Assembly: GCA_965220085.1 (NCBI GenBank)
Contig: CBDCOZ010000003.1
Coordinates: 1,280,001 to 1,344,000, forward strand
Direction: 5' to 3'
DNA length: 64,000 nucleotides
Origin: Candidatus Oxydemutatoraceae bacterium
Lineage (GTDB): Bacteria; Pseudomonadota; Gammaproteobacteria; Poriferisulfidales; Oxydemutatoraceae
The position numbers and the translations under genes were made by a program. The notes under the pieces were generated by a model. It did no database searches. It was given only the letters and a program-made list of their open reading frames with translations, and had not been told where the DNA came from. Positions within the stretch are counted from its first letter, which is position 1, and each line of letters opens with the position of its first letter. Shown here piece after piece: positions 33,207 to 43,204 of the stretch.

Positions 33207-35107
33207 CGGACCGCCTTGCGGTAACGCCGGTCAAAAGCGGACACGCAGCCGCCCGCCGCAATCAACAACGTGCCTAGCCACAGCCACTGTATGAAAGGCC
33301 GATAGTAAACCCGCAACCCCCAGCGCCCGTCTTCGCTGCGCTCGCCGAGCGATACATAGAGATCGCGAAAGAATCTTGAATCCACCGCCGCCTCGGTCAT
33401 CGGGCTCGTCTGCACCCGATAGATTCTCTTCTCGGGCGACAGGGAAGCGATGTGCGCCCCGTCGCGCCAGACCTCAACGCGACCGGCCAGAGCCAGATAA
33501 TTCGGCCCTTCCGCCTCGCGCACGCCGGCAAAGCGAAACGCATACCCCGCCAGTTCCACGGTTTCGTTCTCGGCAAGTTCGGTCAATTTCTCATCGCCGT
33601 AGGCGCCGTTGAAAGTCGCCCCCAGCACGAAGACCGCGAGACCGAAATGGGCGATGCTCATGCCGAGCGCGGACAGCGGCATGCCGGAGCGCGCCAGACT
33701 GTCGCGGACGAAAAGCCCGACCGACAACGCCAGCCACACAGCGGCATAGATGCCGATGAACACCGCGAAGGACAGGCTGTCGACATAGAGCAACGGCAAC
33801 AACGCGACGCCCGCCGAGAAGCTCAGCAACGGCCAGTATTCGGCAAGCCGCGCGGTCGTATCGCGTTGCCACCTGATGCGCATCCCCAGCCCGGCGAGGA
33901 AGACGACCGGCAACATCAACGGCACGAACACCGCCGTAAAGTACGGCGCGCCGACCGATATCTTGTCCATGCCCAGCGTATCCAGCGCCAACGGATACAA
34001 GGTCGCGAGCAAAATCGCAAACATCGAGGCGACCAGAATGACATTGTTAACCAGCAACGCGCTCTCGCGCGACAACAGATGAAAAGACCCGCCGCTGCGG
34101 ATCGACGGCGCTCTGATCACATACAGCGTCAGCGCGCTGCCGATGACGACGACGAGAAAGACCAGTATAAAAACCCCGCGCGTCGGGTCTGAAGCAAACG
34201 CGTGTACCGAAACCAGCACGCCCGAACGCACCAGAAACGTGCCCAGCAAACTCAGCGAAAAAGCCAGAATGGCGAGAAACACCGTCCAACTCTTGAAGGT
34301 GTCGCGCTTTTCTGTCACCGCCAGCGAGTGAATCAACGCGGTGCCGACCAGCCACGGCATGAAAGACGCGTTCTCGACCGGGTCCCAGAACCACCAGCCG
34401 CCCCAGCCCAATTCGTGATACGCCCACCAACTGCCGAGGCCTATGCCAAGCGTCAGGAAGACCCACGCCGCCAGGGTCCACGGTCTGGACCAGCGCGCCC
34501 AGGCCTCATCCAACTGGCCGCTCATCAATGCCGCCACCGCAAACGCAAAGGCGACCGAAAAGCCGACATAGCCCATGTAGATCATCGGCGGGTGAATCGT
34601 CAAACCCGGGTCCTGTAACAACGGGTTGAGGTCGCGGCCTTCCGCCGGCATCGGGAATTCGCGCACGAAGGGATTGGAAGTCGCCAGCGTAAAGAGCAGG
34701 AAGCCGGCTGCGATCAAGCCCATCACCGCCAGCACGCGGGCGACGAATGCCCGCGGCAGGCTGCGGCTTAATTCGGCGACGGCAAACGTCCAGCCGCCGA
34801 GCATCAGCGCCCACAACAGCAAAGACCCTTCGTGCGCGCTCCACAACGCGGACAGTTTGTAGTACAGAGGCAGTTGCGTATTGGAATGCTGGGCGACATA
34901 GCGCACGGAGAAGTCGTCGCTTACAAACGCATACGACAATCCGGCGTAAGCGAGTATCAACAATACGAGTTGCAGGCGCGCCAGCGGGCGGGCGGCTCGG
35001 ATAAAGACTTCGTCGTCGCGCCAGATGCCAAACAGCGGCGCGACCCCGAGAACCAGCGTGACGAGAAGAGCGAGCACCAGCGCGAAATGACCGAGTTCCG
35101 GAATCAT
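33203..35107 (-). CDS. ccmF: Heme lyase CcmF
   Basis: HEGSLLLW, HPPMIYMGY, WGGWWFWDPVENAS, SVHAFA. Confidence 0.97.
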   Translation of the reverse strand: MIPELGHFALVLALLVTLVLGVAPLFGIWRDDEVFIRAARPLARLQLVLLILAYAGLSYAFVSDDFSVRYVAQHSNTQLPLYYKLSALWSAHEGSLLLWALMLGGWTFAVAELSRSLPRAFVARVLAVMGLIAAGFLLFTLATSNPFVREFPMPAEGRDLNPLLQDPGLTIHPPMIYMGYVGFSVAFAFAVAALMSGQLDEAWARWSRPWTLAAWVFLTLGIGLGSWWAYHELGWGGWWFWDPVENASFMPWLVGTALIHSLAVTEKRDTFKSWTVFLAILAFSLSLLGTFLVRSGVLVSVHAFASDPTRGVFILVFLVVVIGSALTLYVIRAPSIRSGGSFHLLSRESALLVNNVILVASMFAILLATLYPLALDTLGMDKISVGAPYFTAVFVPLMLPVVFLAGLGMRIRWQRDTTARLAEYWPLLSFSAGVALLPLLYVDSLSFAVFIGIYAAVWLALSVGLFVRDSLARSGMPLSALGMSIAHFGLAVFVLGATFNGAYGDEKLTELAENETVELAGYAFRFAGVREAEGPNYLALAGRVEVWRDGAHIASLSPEKRIYRVQTSPMTEAAVDSRFFRDLYVSLGERSEDGRWGLRVYYRPFIQWLWLGTLLIAAGGCVSAFDRRYRKAVR

Positions 35108-35113
35108 CGTCGG

Positions 35114-35557
35114 TTATCGCTCGATCGTCAGCGGTTTGCCGCCGCCGGACTCTTTGAGCATGTCCGCCACATGCGGCGGCATATAGTTCTCATCGTGCTT
35201 GGCCAGCACCTCATCGGCTTCAAACACACCCGCGTCGTTGAGCCGCCCGGTCGCCACCACCCCCTGCCCTTCGGCAAACAAGTCCGGCAACAAGCCGTCA
35301 TAGACCACGCGCACGGTCTTTTGATGATCGGTCAACTCAAAATGTATCGGCTTCGTCCGCCGCACGCTGCCCGCCACGACCATGCCGCCGAGATTAAAGC
35401 TGCGCCCTTGCGGCGCCATGCCGTCGGCGACCTGCGAAGGCGCGAAGAAATACAGCAGGTTGCGCTCCAGCGAATACAACACCAGCCCGGTCGCGGCGGA
35501 AAATCCGATCAGTAATATCGCGGCGAAGATAAGACGCTGACGTTGGCGGGGACTCAT
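35114..35557 (-). CDS. ccmE: Heme chaperone CcmE
   Basis: LPDLFAEGQG, VLAKHDENYMP; start at MSPRQRQ. Confidence 0.95.
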   Translation of the reverse strand: MSPRQRQRLIFAAILLIGFSAATGLVLYSLERNLLYFFAPSQVADGMAPQGRSFNLGGMVVAGSVRRTKPIHFELTDHQKTVRVVYDGLLPDLFAEGQGVVATGRLNDAGVFEADEVLAKHDENYMPPHVADMLKESGGGKPLTIER

Positions 35558-35564
35558 GAGCGGT

Positions 35565-35717
35565 TTACTTGCGTTGCTGTGACAGGTCTCTGATAAAACG
35601 GCGATGGCGGCGTATCGGCGCGCAGAGATTCCACGCCAATATGACCAGCGCAATCACATACGCCGGCCAGACAAACCGCGCATACCCGCCCATTATAAGC
35701 CATTCCGACCAGCTCAT
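35565..35717 (-). CDS. ccmD: Heme exporter protein CcmD
   Basis: MGGYARFVWPAY in a small membrane protein between ccmC and ccmE. Confidence 0.9.
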   Translation of the reverse strand: MSWSEWLIMGGYARFVWPAYVIALVILAWNLCAPIRRHRRFIRDLSQQRK

Positions 35718-36457
35718 CGCCCGCCTCTCCCGCGCAGGAACTCGCCGAACCAGCGTTGCGTTTGACAGCGGCGGGCGATCGCCAGACGCATGCGCGCGCA
35801 CAGCGCGGTCAGGAAATAGATTTTCATCACGAGCGCCATAAACAACAGCGGCCACAATATGCTCGGGTGCGCCGCCGGCGTATCAAAGCGCGTGACCGTC
35901 GGCCCCTGATGCAATGTGTTCCACCAGATGACCGAGTAATGAATGACCGGAATATTAACCAAGCCGATGAGCGACAGCAGGGCGGTCGCGCGCGCGCCCT
36001 TGCGCGGGTCGCTGATGACCGTGCCGAGAGCGATGACGCCGAGGTAGAGGAACAGCAGGATCAACTCGGAAGTCAGGCGCGCATCCCACACCCAGTAAGT
36101 CCCCCACATCGGCTTGCCCCACAGCATGCCGGTGATCAGAGTGATGATCGTAAACGCGGCGCCCAAAGGCGCGCACTCGCGATGCGCGATCTCGGCGACC
36201 TTGACCCGCCACACCAGCGCGACGACTCCGGCGGCGGCCATCGCGACATAGACGAACAACGACATCCACGCCGCCGGCACATGCACATAGATGATGCGAT
36301 AACCCTCCCCTTGCTTGTAGTCGCTCGGCGCGACCCACAGAGCCCAGCAGAGACCGATGACGGAGAGGATGATTGTCAGCGCGACCAGCCAGGCGCTCAG
36401 CCGTTCGCTCAGGCGATAGGCATACGGCAAGGAAGCGGTTTCGGCAAAGTACTTCAT
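35714..36457 (-). CDS. ccmC: Heme exporter CcmC
   Basis: IYVHVPAAW, WGKPMWGTYWVWDARLTSEL, WWNTLHQG. Confidence 0.97.
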   Translation of the reverse strand: MKYFAETASLPYAYRLSERLSAWLVALTIILSVIGLCWALWVAPSDYKQGEGYRIIYVHVPAAWMSLFVYVAMAAAGVVALVWRVKVAEIAHRECAPLGAAFTIITLITGMLWGKPMWGTYWVWDARLTSELILLFLYLGVIALGTVISDPRKGARATALLSLIGLVNIPVIHYSVIWWNTLHQGPTVTRFDTPAAHPSILWPLLFMALVMKIYFLTALCARMRLAIARRCQTQRWFGEFLRGRGGR

Positions 36458-36460
36458 AGC

Positions 36461-37135
36461 TCAGTCCAGCACGATTCTGAGCGCGGCGCAAACCGCCCAC
36501 GGCGCGAGCAGCAAAGCGACTATCAGGATCGCCGCGAGGATGGCGAGGGCGGCATCCGCCGGGTAGCCGTCGGCAGCGAGGTCGATCGCATTGGCGGCGA
36601 ATATCAGCAGCGGAATGTAAAGCGGCAACATCAGCAGCGCCAGCAAAACGCTGCCGTGACGCAGACCGACCGTCAGCGCGGCGCCGAGCGCGCCCAATGC
36701 GCTCAGCGTCGGCAGCGCCAACAGCAAGGTCGCGAGCAACACCGGCAAAGCGGCCGCCGGCAGACCGAGCATGTGCGCGTACAGAGGCGCAAATAGCAAC
36801 AGGGGTATCCCGGTCGCGCACCAGTGCGAGCAGATTCTGGCGAATACGATCGGGTACAAACCGCACGATGCGATGACGAATTGCTCCAGCGAACCGTTCT
36901 CATAGTCATCGCGAAACATACGATCGGCGGTCAGTATGCTGACGAGCAGAATCGCAACCCAGATGACAGCCGGCGCGAGGTTGGTCAGCGCACGGGCATC
37001 CATGTCGGTGCCGAGGGGGAAGATGATCGTGACGATGGAGAAGAAAGCGATCGCCAGCAAGCCGTCTGACTTGCGCCGCATCAAGGCGGTCATATCGCGC
37101 CGGACAGAGGAGAAAAACGGATATATAACAGACAT
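36461..37135 (-). CDS. ccmB: Heme exporter permease CcmB
   Basis: FRDDYENGSLEQ, LPLYIPLLIF. Confidence 0.93.
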   Translation of the reverse strand: MSVIYPFFSSVRRDMTALMRRKSDGLLAIAFFSIVTIIFPLGTDMDARALTNLAPAVIWVAILLVSILTADRMFRDDYENGSLEQFVIASCGLYPIVFARICSHWCATGIPLLLFAPLYAHMLGLPAAALPVLLATLLLALPTLSALGALGAALTVGLRHGSVLLALLMLPLYIPLLIFAANAIDLAADGYPADAALAILAAILIVALLLAPWAVCAALRIVLD

Positions 37136-37148
37136 TTGCGGCTTATTC

Positions 37149-37808
37149 CTAATTTATCAGGCGAACATCTCGCGGCGCTTCGCCCAGCTTCAATTCCCCG
37201 TCCATCGGGTAGCCCGGCACGGCAAACATACGGTGGGTGGCGATCAGCGCACAGCCGCCCCGCTCGAGGTGGGCAGCCAGGATTATGCCAAAGCGCTCGA
37301 TGCTCTTGTCGTCCAGAGCGGTCAGCGGTTCGTCGAGCAACCAGACCGGCGGCGCTTCTATTCCTATCCGGCACAAGGTCGCGCGTCTCAACTGCCCTTG
37401 CGAGATATTGGCGCACAGCGTATCCAGAATTCCGTTGATGCCCATCGCGGTCGCCGTGTGTTCTATCGCATCGCCATCGGCGCCGGCGAGCATCGCATAG
37501 AATGACAGATTCTCGCGCACGCTGAGTTCGGGCTTGAGCCCGTCGCGGTGCCCGATATAGCCTACGCACTCCGACCGCTTGTCGGAAACATCTTCGCCGC
37601 AGGTACGCACCTCCCCCGCTATCGCCTCCGATAAGCCGCACAGCGTGCGTAGCATCGTGGTTTTGCCGACACCGTTCGGACCGGTCACCGCCTGCCAGCT
37701 TTTTTCGCGCAACGCAAAGCTGACATCCCGACACAGGGGATGGTTCTCATGGCCGAAAGACAGGCCTTCAACGGATAGTAAGACTTGCGACATTGCACAC
37801 TGCGACAT
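37149..37808 (-). CDS. ccmA: Heme exporter ATPase CcmA
   Basis: GPNGVGKTT, ENL, WLLDEP, H..RGG...ATH; first gene of the ccm operon. Confidence 0.92.
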   Translation of the reverse strand: MSQCAMSQVLLSVEGLSFGHENHPLCRDVSFALREKSWQAVTGPNGVGKTTMLRTLCGLSEAIAGEVRTCGEDVSDKRSECVGYIGHRDGLKPELSVRENLSFYAMLAGADGDAIEHTATAMGINGILDTLCANISQGQLRRATLCRIGIEAPPVWLLDEPLTALDDKSIERFGIILAAHLERGGCALIATHRMFAVPGYPMDGELKLGEAPRDVRLIN

Positions 37809-37857
37809 TAAAAGTAACGGGTAATTCTAACACTTTCGCCGCTATAATTGGGATAAT

Positions 37858-38022
37858 GGGAATTATATGCCTGTGTATGCAAAACAGCCTATCAGTCCGC
37901 AATCCTAAAATTGACTCCGGCCATTTCACTGCTTTGTGCTCTGTTTCAAACATCTTAATACAGTTCAAATAATCCGACTGTCTTTGCCTTTCTCTTTGTC
38001 ATTGAAATACCCCTGTTTAATG
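37858..38022 (-). mobile_element. Truncated inverted copy of the IS1595-derived MITE
   Basis: Starts with terminal repeat GGGAATTATATGCCTGTGTATGCAA; reverse complement of about 39610-39774; inner end replaced by the 50-bp REP-like unit. Confidence 0.8.
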
Positions 38023-38024
38023 CA

Positions 38025-38100
38025 TAATGCCAGAAACATTTTGGTTTGCCGACATCAACACAGGTTGTTATGATTCATGCCGGAAACATTCCGGATTCCT
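38025..38100. repeat. Dispersed copies of the 50-bp REP-like palindrome (others at about 2410-2440 inverted, 20072-20100, 39213-39311, 63183-63210)
   Basis: Shared core ATGCCGGAAACATT. Confidence 0.8.
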
Positions 38101-38415
38101 CGCTTCAACAAAAGCCGGCATGCAATATCAACACATCTTGTCAGGCCCGCGCTGGCGGCGGCGCATCTTCCCGGAATGCCCGTTGCGATAGCGCGAGCGC
38201 TCCCCGCGAGGGAGAGTCGGCGCAGTTGCGCTACGCCGGAGAGGGAGCGCTGTCTGTGAAACATGCCCCCTCTCTGTCGGCGCGAACAAGATACGGCACA
38301 GGCCTAAGCGGAGAGTGCAATAAATATAGATAGCATCACAATAACAAGAGCCGCTAACCCAAGGGAGACTATATAGTTAGCGCCGCAATAACAAGAGCCG
38401 CTAACCCAAGGGAGA

Positions 38416-39042
38416 CTATATAGTTAGCGCCGCAATAACAAGAGCCGCCAACCCAAGGGAAACTATCACGAACAGAGTTGTGATTTTTGCTGTGTGCTCA
38501 GCTATCATTACTTTCAACTCATCTATTTGTTTTTGTGTTTTTGCCCCGGACTCGGCTATCAGTGCTCTCAACTCATCTATTTGTTTTTGTGTTTTTGCCC
38601 CAGACTCGGCTATCATTACTTTCAACTCAGCTACTGTTACTTGCAACTTAGTTACTGCTGCTTTCAACTCATCTGTTTCTTTTTTGATTTCCGACCTATG
38701 CTGGGCAAATTCCTCTCTGATTGCTGATTCAAACTCGGCAAGTCTTTCTACAATCTCTGATTTAAACTCGGCAAATTTTTTTCCAATCTCTGATTCAGAC
38801 TCGGCAATTTTTTCTCTAATCGCCGATTCAAACTCGGCAATTTTTTCTCTAATCGCTGATTCAAACTCGGCAAATTCGCTTTTCGTTGCCAGAGCGCTCA
38901 GGTGTCTGCGCAACAGCGCGGATAGATCGCTGGCAATCGCGCGCGCTTTCTCCTTGTCAAAGCCTGCGTCGGTCAAGTTCTCGACGGAGCCATAAGCAGC
39001 AACCGCTGCATCTTCCGCTTTTAATTTTTTTGGTTTATTCAT
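38416..39042 (-). CDS. DUF1640/CCDC90-like coiled-coil protein, copy 2
   Basis: Paralog of 20387-20857 with extra 11-aa and 18-aa repeats; 47-bp duplication of its 3' end near 38340-38460. Confidence 0.8.
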   Translation of the reverse strand: MNKPKKLKAEDAAVAAYGSVENLTDAGFDKEKARAIASDLSALLRRHLSALATKSEFAEFESAIREKIAEFESAIREKIAESESEIGKKFAEFKSEIVERLAEFESAIREEFAQHRSEIKKETDELKAAVTKLQVTVAELKVMIAESGAKTQKQIDELRALIAESGAKTQKQIDELKVMIAEHTAKITTLFVIVSLGLAALVIAALTI

Positions 39043-39579
39043 GATTATTCCCTCCGGGTTGTAATAATAATACTAATTAAGAGGTTATGGTCAATAACCT
39101 TCGTGCCGGATAATAGCGCTCATTCGGCGACCGCGATCAACCCATAGACAGGCGGCATTGATTACCTGACGAACGGTCTAATAGCGCCGATTCACGGCGT
39201 GATTTTTTCTGAATGATGCCGGAAACATTTTGGTTTGCCGACATCAACACAAGTTGTCACGAATCATGCCGGAACATTTTGGTTTGCCGGCATCAACACA
39301 AGCCGTCATGAATTCTGTTATGGTTTGACACCACCACAAAGGGAGCACACTGCGAACCGAAGCATCAAGTAGCCATGAGGCACACAATGTTTGGCGCAGG
39401 TGTCCGATGTGTCTTGGCATCAAACAGGCATCAAGCGTAATCGGCATAGGGGCTTGCGTATGCGACTCCGCCCGGCCGACAGCGGAAACTGTTGTAAAAC
39501 GGCGATTGCGAATGTCCCGCAGGGAGAAGGGAATGTCAGGGGGTGTGCAAGGGATGCGGCAAGATACAAAGACATGAGC

Positions 39580-39774
39580 GGGAATTATATGCCTGTGTAT
39601 GCAATTAGACCATTAAACAGGGGTATTTCAATGACAAAGAGAAAGGCAAAGACAATCGGATTATTTGAACTGCATAAGATGTTTGAAACAGAGCACAAAG
39701 CAGTGAAATGGCCGGAGTCAATTTTAGGATTGCGGACTGATAGGCTGTTTTGCATACACAGGCATATAATTCCC
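39580..39774 (+). mobile_element. 195-bp MITE derived from an IS1595-like element
   Basis: Perfect 25-bp terminal inverted repeats at 39580-39604 and 39750-39774; internal MTKRKAKTIGLFELHKMFETEHKAVKW resembles IS1595 transposase N-termini (family assignment from recall). Confidence 0.8.
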
Positions 39775-39804
39775 AGGATAATTTATCAACACGAGGCATC
39801 CAAA

Positions 39805-40146
39805 ATGAATGAGACTATTTTCAGCCGTATTATTGCGCGTGAGATCAAAGCCGACATCGTCTGCGAAGACGAACTCTGTCTGGCCTTCCGCGATGTCGCG
39901 CCGCAAGCGCCGACGCATATATTGATTATTCCGAAGAAGCCGATAGCAAAAATCGCCGATGCGGATTCCGATGACGCAGCCTTGCTCGGACATTTGCTGC
40001 TCAAAGCGAGCGAGATCGCGCGCGCCGAAGGGGTCGCGGAAGCGTTCAGGCTGGTCATCAATAACGGCGAAGAGGCCGGTCAAAGCGTTTTCCACCTGCA
40101 CCTGCACCTGCTTGCGGGGCGTCCGTTCGACTGGCCGCCGGGGTAA
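39805..40146 (+). CDS. hinT: Histidine triad nucleotide-binding protein
   Basis: ETIFSRII, PQAPTHILIIP, GQSVFHLHLHLL, WPPG. Confidence 0.95.
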   Translation: MNETIFSRIIAREIKADIVCEDELCLAFRDVAPQAPTHILIIPKKPIAKIADADSDDAALLGHLLLKASEIARAEGVAEAFRLVINNGEEAGQSVFHLHLHLLAGRPFDWPPG

Positions 40147-40230
40147 TTGCCATGCGCCGACGCGCTTCGCCCTGCGCTTGCCGACTATCCGCGAGGAGTG
40201 TTCGGGCGAGCGCTCGGCGGGAAGGCGTGC

Positions 40231-41700
40231 TTAGCGCAACGGGCCTTCAAGGAAGAGGCGCAAACGGGGCAAAGCGTCGGCGCTTTGCCCCGTCACTATA
40301 ATTTCCAGCGGCAAGCGATTGGATACCGCCGGCTCAGGCGGCTCGTGTCCCGCCGGCGGCGGAGAAAGTCCCGGGGCATCACCGAGCGTTGCGAATGAAG
40401 CATATACCATCACGGTGTGTGTCGTTGCCACAGCACCCAGCGCAGCACATTGGCATGGTCGGCATATGTTATCGTCGTATCCCGCGGGCCCTCGCGCAAT
40501 TGGAAGCCGAACTCTTGCCAACTCGGCATGCCGTCGCCGTTAAAACCTGTCTTCAGCGCCGGGTATTGCGCGGCGGTACCGAAGTCCCAGTAATCGCCGG
40601 CGCCGCCTTCGTTCCAGCGGGCGCAGATGCCGACATAGCCTTGGGGAGCTTGCAACTCGGCGGTTGTCCGAGCCATAGCGCTGCCGGAATCGCCCGACCC
40701 GACCGCAACGCCGATGCCGGATGCCTCGGTATCCCAATACACTTGGGCAAACATACCTTGGATTACAGTATGGTTTTCTCCGGCAACGCCGCCGCGTTGT
40801 GCGGAAGCGGGGCGGATAAGAGCGGTGGCATAGGCGTATTTGATCTCCGCCTCTTGAAAATAGCCGACCAAACCGCCGCCGGACGAAGCGGTTACGGTTA
40901 CGTAGCCGCTTGCATACGCATGTTCCGCCCTGCCTCCGTTGCCGACAAAGGATCCGATCAGACCGCCCGCCTCGTCGTTGGCAACTGCGGTTCCGCTGGC
41001 ATAACTCGCGCGTACCGTGCCGCCGTCGCTGCGGCCCGCTAACGAGCCGACCCATGTGTCGCCTTTCGCCGCCACTGCGGAGTACGATCGCTCCGCCGTG
41101 CCGCCGTCCAGATAGCCGACCAAGCCGCCGATGTTAATCTTGCCATCGCCCGTAACCGAACCGGTCACGCCGACATTTGATATGATGCCGCGGTCATCTG
41201 CGATGCCGAATAATCCCTGCCCCCATTCGCCCGCTTGCCCGTCGATATACAGGTTGCAAATGGCACGGCCGTTGCCGTTAAATGTCGCCGCAAAGCCAAA
41301 CAGAACATGCGGCGCTATCGGCGCCCAGCCGCTGCCGCCCTCGCCTTTGCTCCAGTCTTTGTTCGCCGCGCCGGAGGCATAGCTGTTCGCATCGTCAAAA
41401 TCCAGATCGTTGTTTAACTCATAGCCTCTGCAATCGCCGGAACAACCCATGTTGTCGGCCGCATCGGGAAATGTCGCCGCATATGTCGGCGTACTCGAGG
41501 GCATTCCGTCGCCGTCGCGGTCAAACCGTACCGCGCTGAGTTGCTCCAAAGTTTCAATCTCAATCAAGCCGTTATCATCGACATCGCAATCGATCCGCGT
41601 CTGCGGCGGGGCTTGCGCCGACACGGCGCCCGACAGAATGCGGCACGAAATAACCACGAACCGACACAGACCGACAGTGACTTCGCTTTGTTCATACGCT
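40231..41700 (-). pseudogene. Internally deleted, frameshifted paralog of the giant GLUG/cadherin protein, retaining the RLRLFLEGPLR tail
   Basis: One full module in ORF 40410-41657; DNA near 40445 jumps from a match to about 45080 to a match to about 43370; tail in ORF 40231-40521. Confidence 0.85.
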
Positions 41701-41883
41701 CAAACAGGTTCCGGCCCCAAGGCTACGGACACAGCCCGCAGATGCCGCTTTCCCGCCGCGGGCGCGTTGAAGGCCCTTTAATCCGGTATCCCTTCTCTGC
41801 GCAACGATGCCCATCACGATGCATTGCCTCCCGCTGTTTTCTGCCGCCCGCTCGCGGGTCGTCCGTTCTGCCGCCCGCCGGCG

Positions 41884-42738
41884 CTAATCGCCGCTCGCCG
41901 GCATCTCACCGACAAGCAACTGCGGGTCAAGCCGTTGATCAAACCAATTCACGCGCCAGTCCAGATGCGGGCCGGTCGCCCTGCCGCTGGCGCCGACAGC
42001 GCCGATGACCTGTCCCTTTTGCACTCGGTCGCCGGGCCTGGCGTGTGCCGCGTCCAGATGCAACATCGTCGATGAAACACCGTGACCGTGGTCGATCACC
42101 ATCGTGACACCGGAAAAGTACATGTCGCGCACCAGCGCCACCTCCCCCGCCGCCGGCGCCTTCGCCGGCGTGCCGACAGGAGCGGCAATATCCACCCCGT
42201 AATGCGGGCTGCGCGGTTTGCCATTGAGGATGCGGCCGACGCCATAAACGCCGGTGATGATGCCGCGCACCGGCCAAACAAATGGCTCCAGAAAAAACAA
42301 CAGGGCGGTATCGCGGGCGCGCACGGCCCCGATCGAACGCCGATCTTGCTCAATCCGCGCATACGCTTCCGGCGGCGGCGTCACTTTGTCGGCGGCCAGA
42401 TTATCGATCCGCTGCGTATCGTATTCGCGCCGCGCAATTTCCAGCGCGTGCGATGACACGCCGCCGTCGGCGAGCGTGATCTCAAGCTTTGCCGACCGCG
42501 GCGCGTTGCGACCGAAGCCGATGACAAAGCGTCCGTCATCGCTCACCCGCAGCGCGCGTTTTTCAAACACCGCCTTCGCCCCCGGCGCCGCCTTGCCGAT
42601 GACCATGCCGCCCTGTAGCAAGGGCCCGCTGAGGCTGACACCGCCGCTTTGATAAGACGTATCCGCGGAGGCGCCGAGCGAAGGCAATACAAGCGTCATA
42701 GCGAACGCCGCTGCCTTGCGCCAACAATACGGAGTCAT
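41884..42738 (-). CDS. M23 family metallopeptidase
   Basis: HYGVDIA, HGHG, GRATGPHLDW; signal peptide. Confidence 0.93.
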   Translation of the reverse strand: MTPYCWRKAAAFAMTLVLPSLGASADTSYQSGGVSLSGPLLQGGMVIGKAAPGAKAVFEKRALRVSDDGRFVIGFGRNAPRSAKLEITLADGGVSSHALEIARREYDTQRIDNLAADKVTPPPEAYARIEQDRRSIGAVRARDTALLFFLEPFVWPVRGIITGVYGVGRILNGKPRSPHYGVDIAAPVGTPAKAPAAGEVALVRDMYFSGVTMVIDHGHGVSSTMLHLDAAHARPGDRVQKGQVIGAVGASGRATGPHLDWRVNWFDQRLDPQLLVGEMPASGD

Positions 42739-42742
42739 GCCA

Positions 42743-43126
42743 TCAGTCGTACTTTATATAGGCAAAGCGTTGGTCGGTCGGCGCGCCTTCCAAGGCCCCG
42801 TCGTCCGCGCCCGGCTGCCATTGAACGACCTCCTCAATTTTTGCCGCCAGCTCAAAGTCCTTGTTGGTCACGCCCTTCGCGGCATGATTCATCAGTTTGA
42901 CGATGACAAAGGCATACGACACCGCCAAGTCCGGATGGTGGAAAGCCGCCTCGGACAGGTGCGCAATCGTATTCACGACCAGCAACGTTCCCTTCCAGCT
43001 GTGCGTTTTGTACTTGCGCCGTATCCAACCGTCTTCGTAATACCAATGCGGCAACTCCGCCTCAAGTCGCTGCTTGATGTCCGCCTCCTCATATGTTTCT
43101 TCGCCTTTCAGTTCTCTCCATCCCAT
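42743..43126 (-). CDS. Pterin-4-alpha-carbinolamine dehydratase family protein
   Basis: EAAFHHPDL, H...GVTNKDFELA. Confidence 0.88.
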   Translation of the reverse strand: MGWRELKGEETYEEADIKQRLEAELPHWYYEDGWIRRKYKTHSWKGTLLVVNTIAHLSEAAFHHPDLAVSYAFVIVKLMNHAAKGVTNKDFELAAKIEEVVQWQPGADDGALEGAPTDQRFAYIKYD

Positions 43127-43204
43127 AGTTATCCTCCTTCTTCTCGGATTGATCTATAAATAATTGTCCGCTGCCGATACGCCCTCGCAAGGGAGCGATG
43201 ATGC

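Noticed and set aside
39391-39804. Long N-terminal fusion to HinT
   Set aside because: A chance open frame through the MITE; HinT starts at 39805 after a GAGG site.
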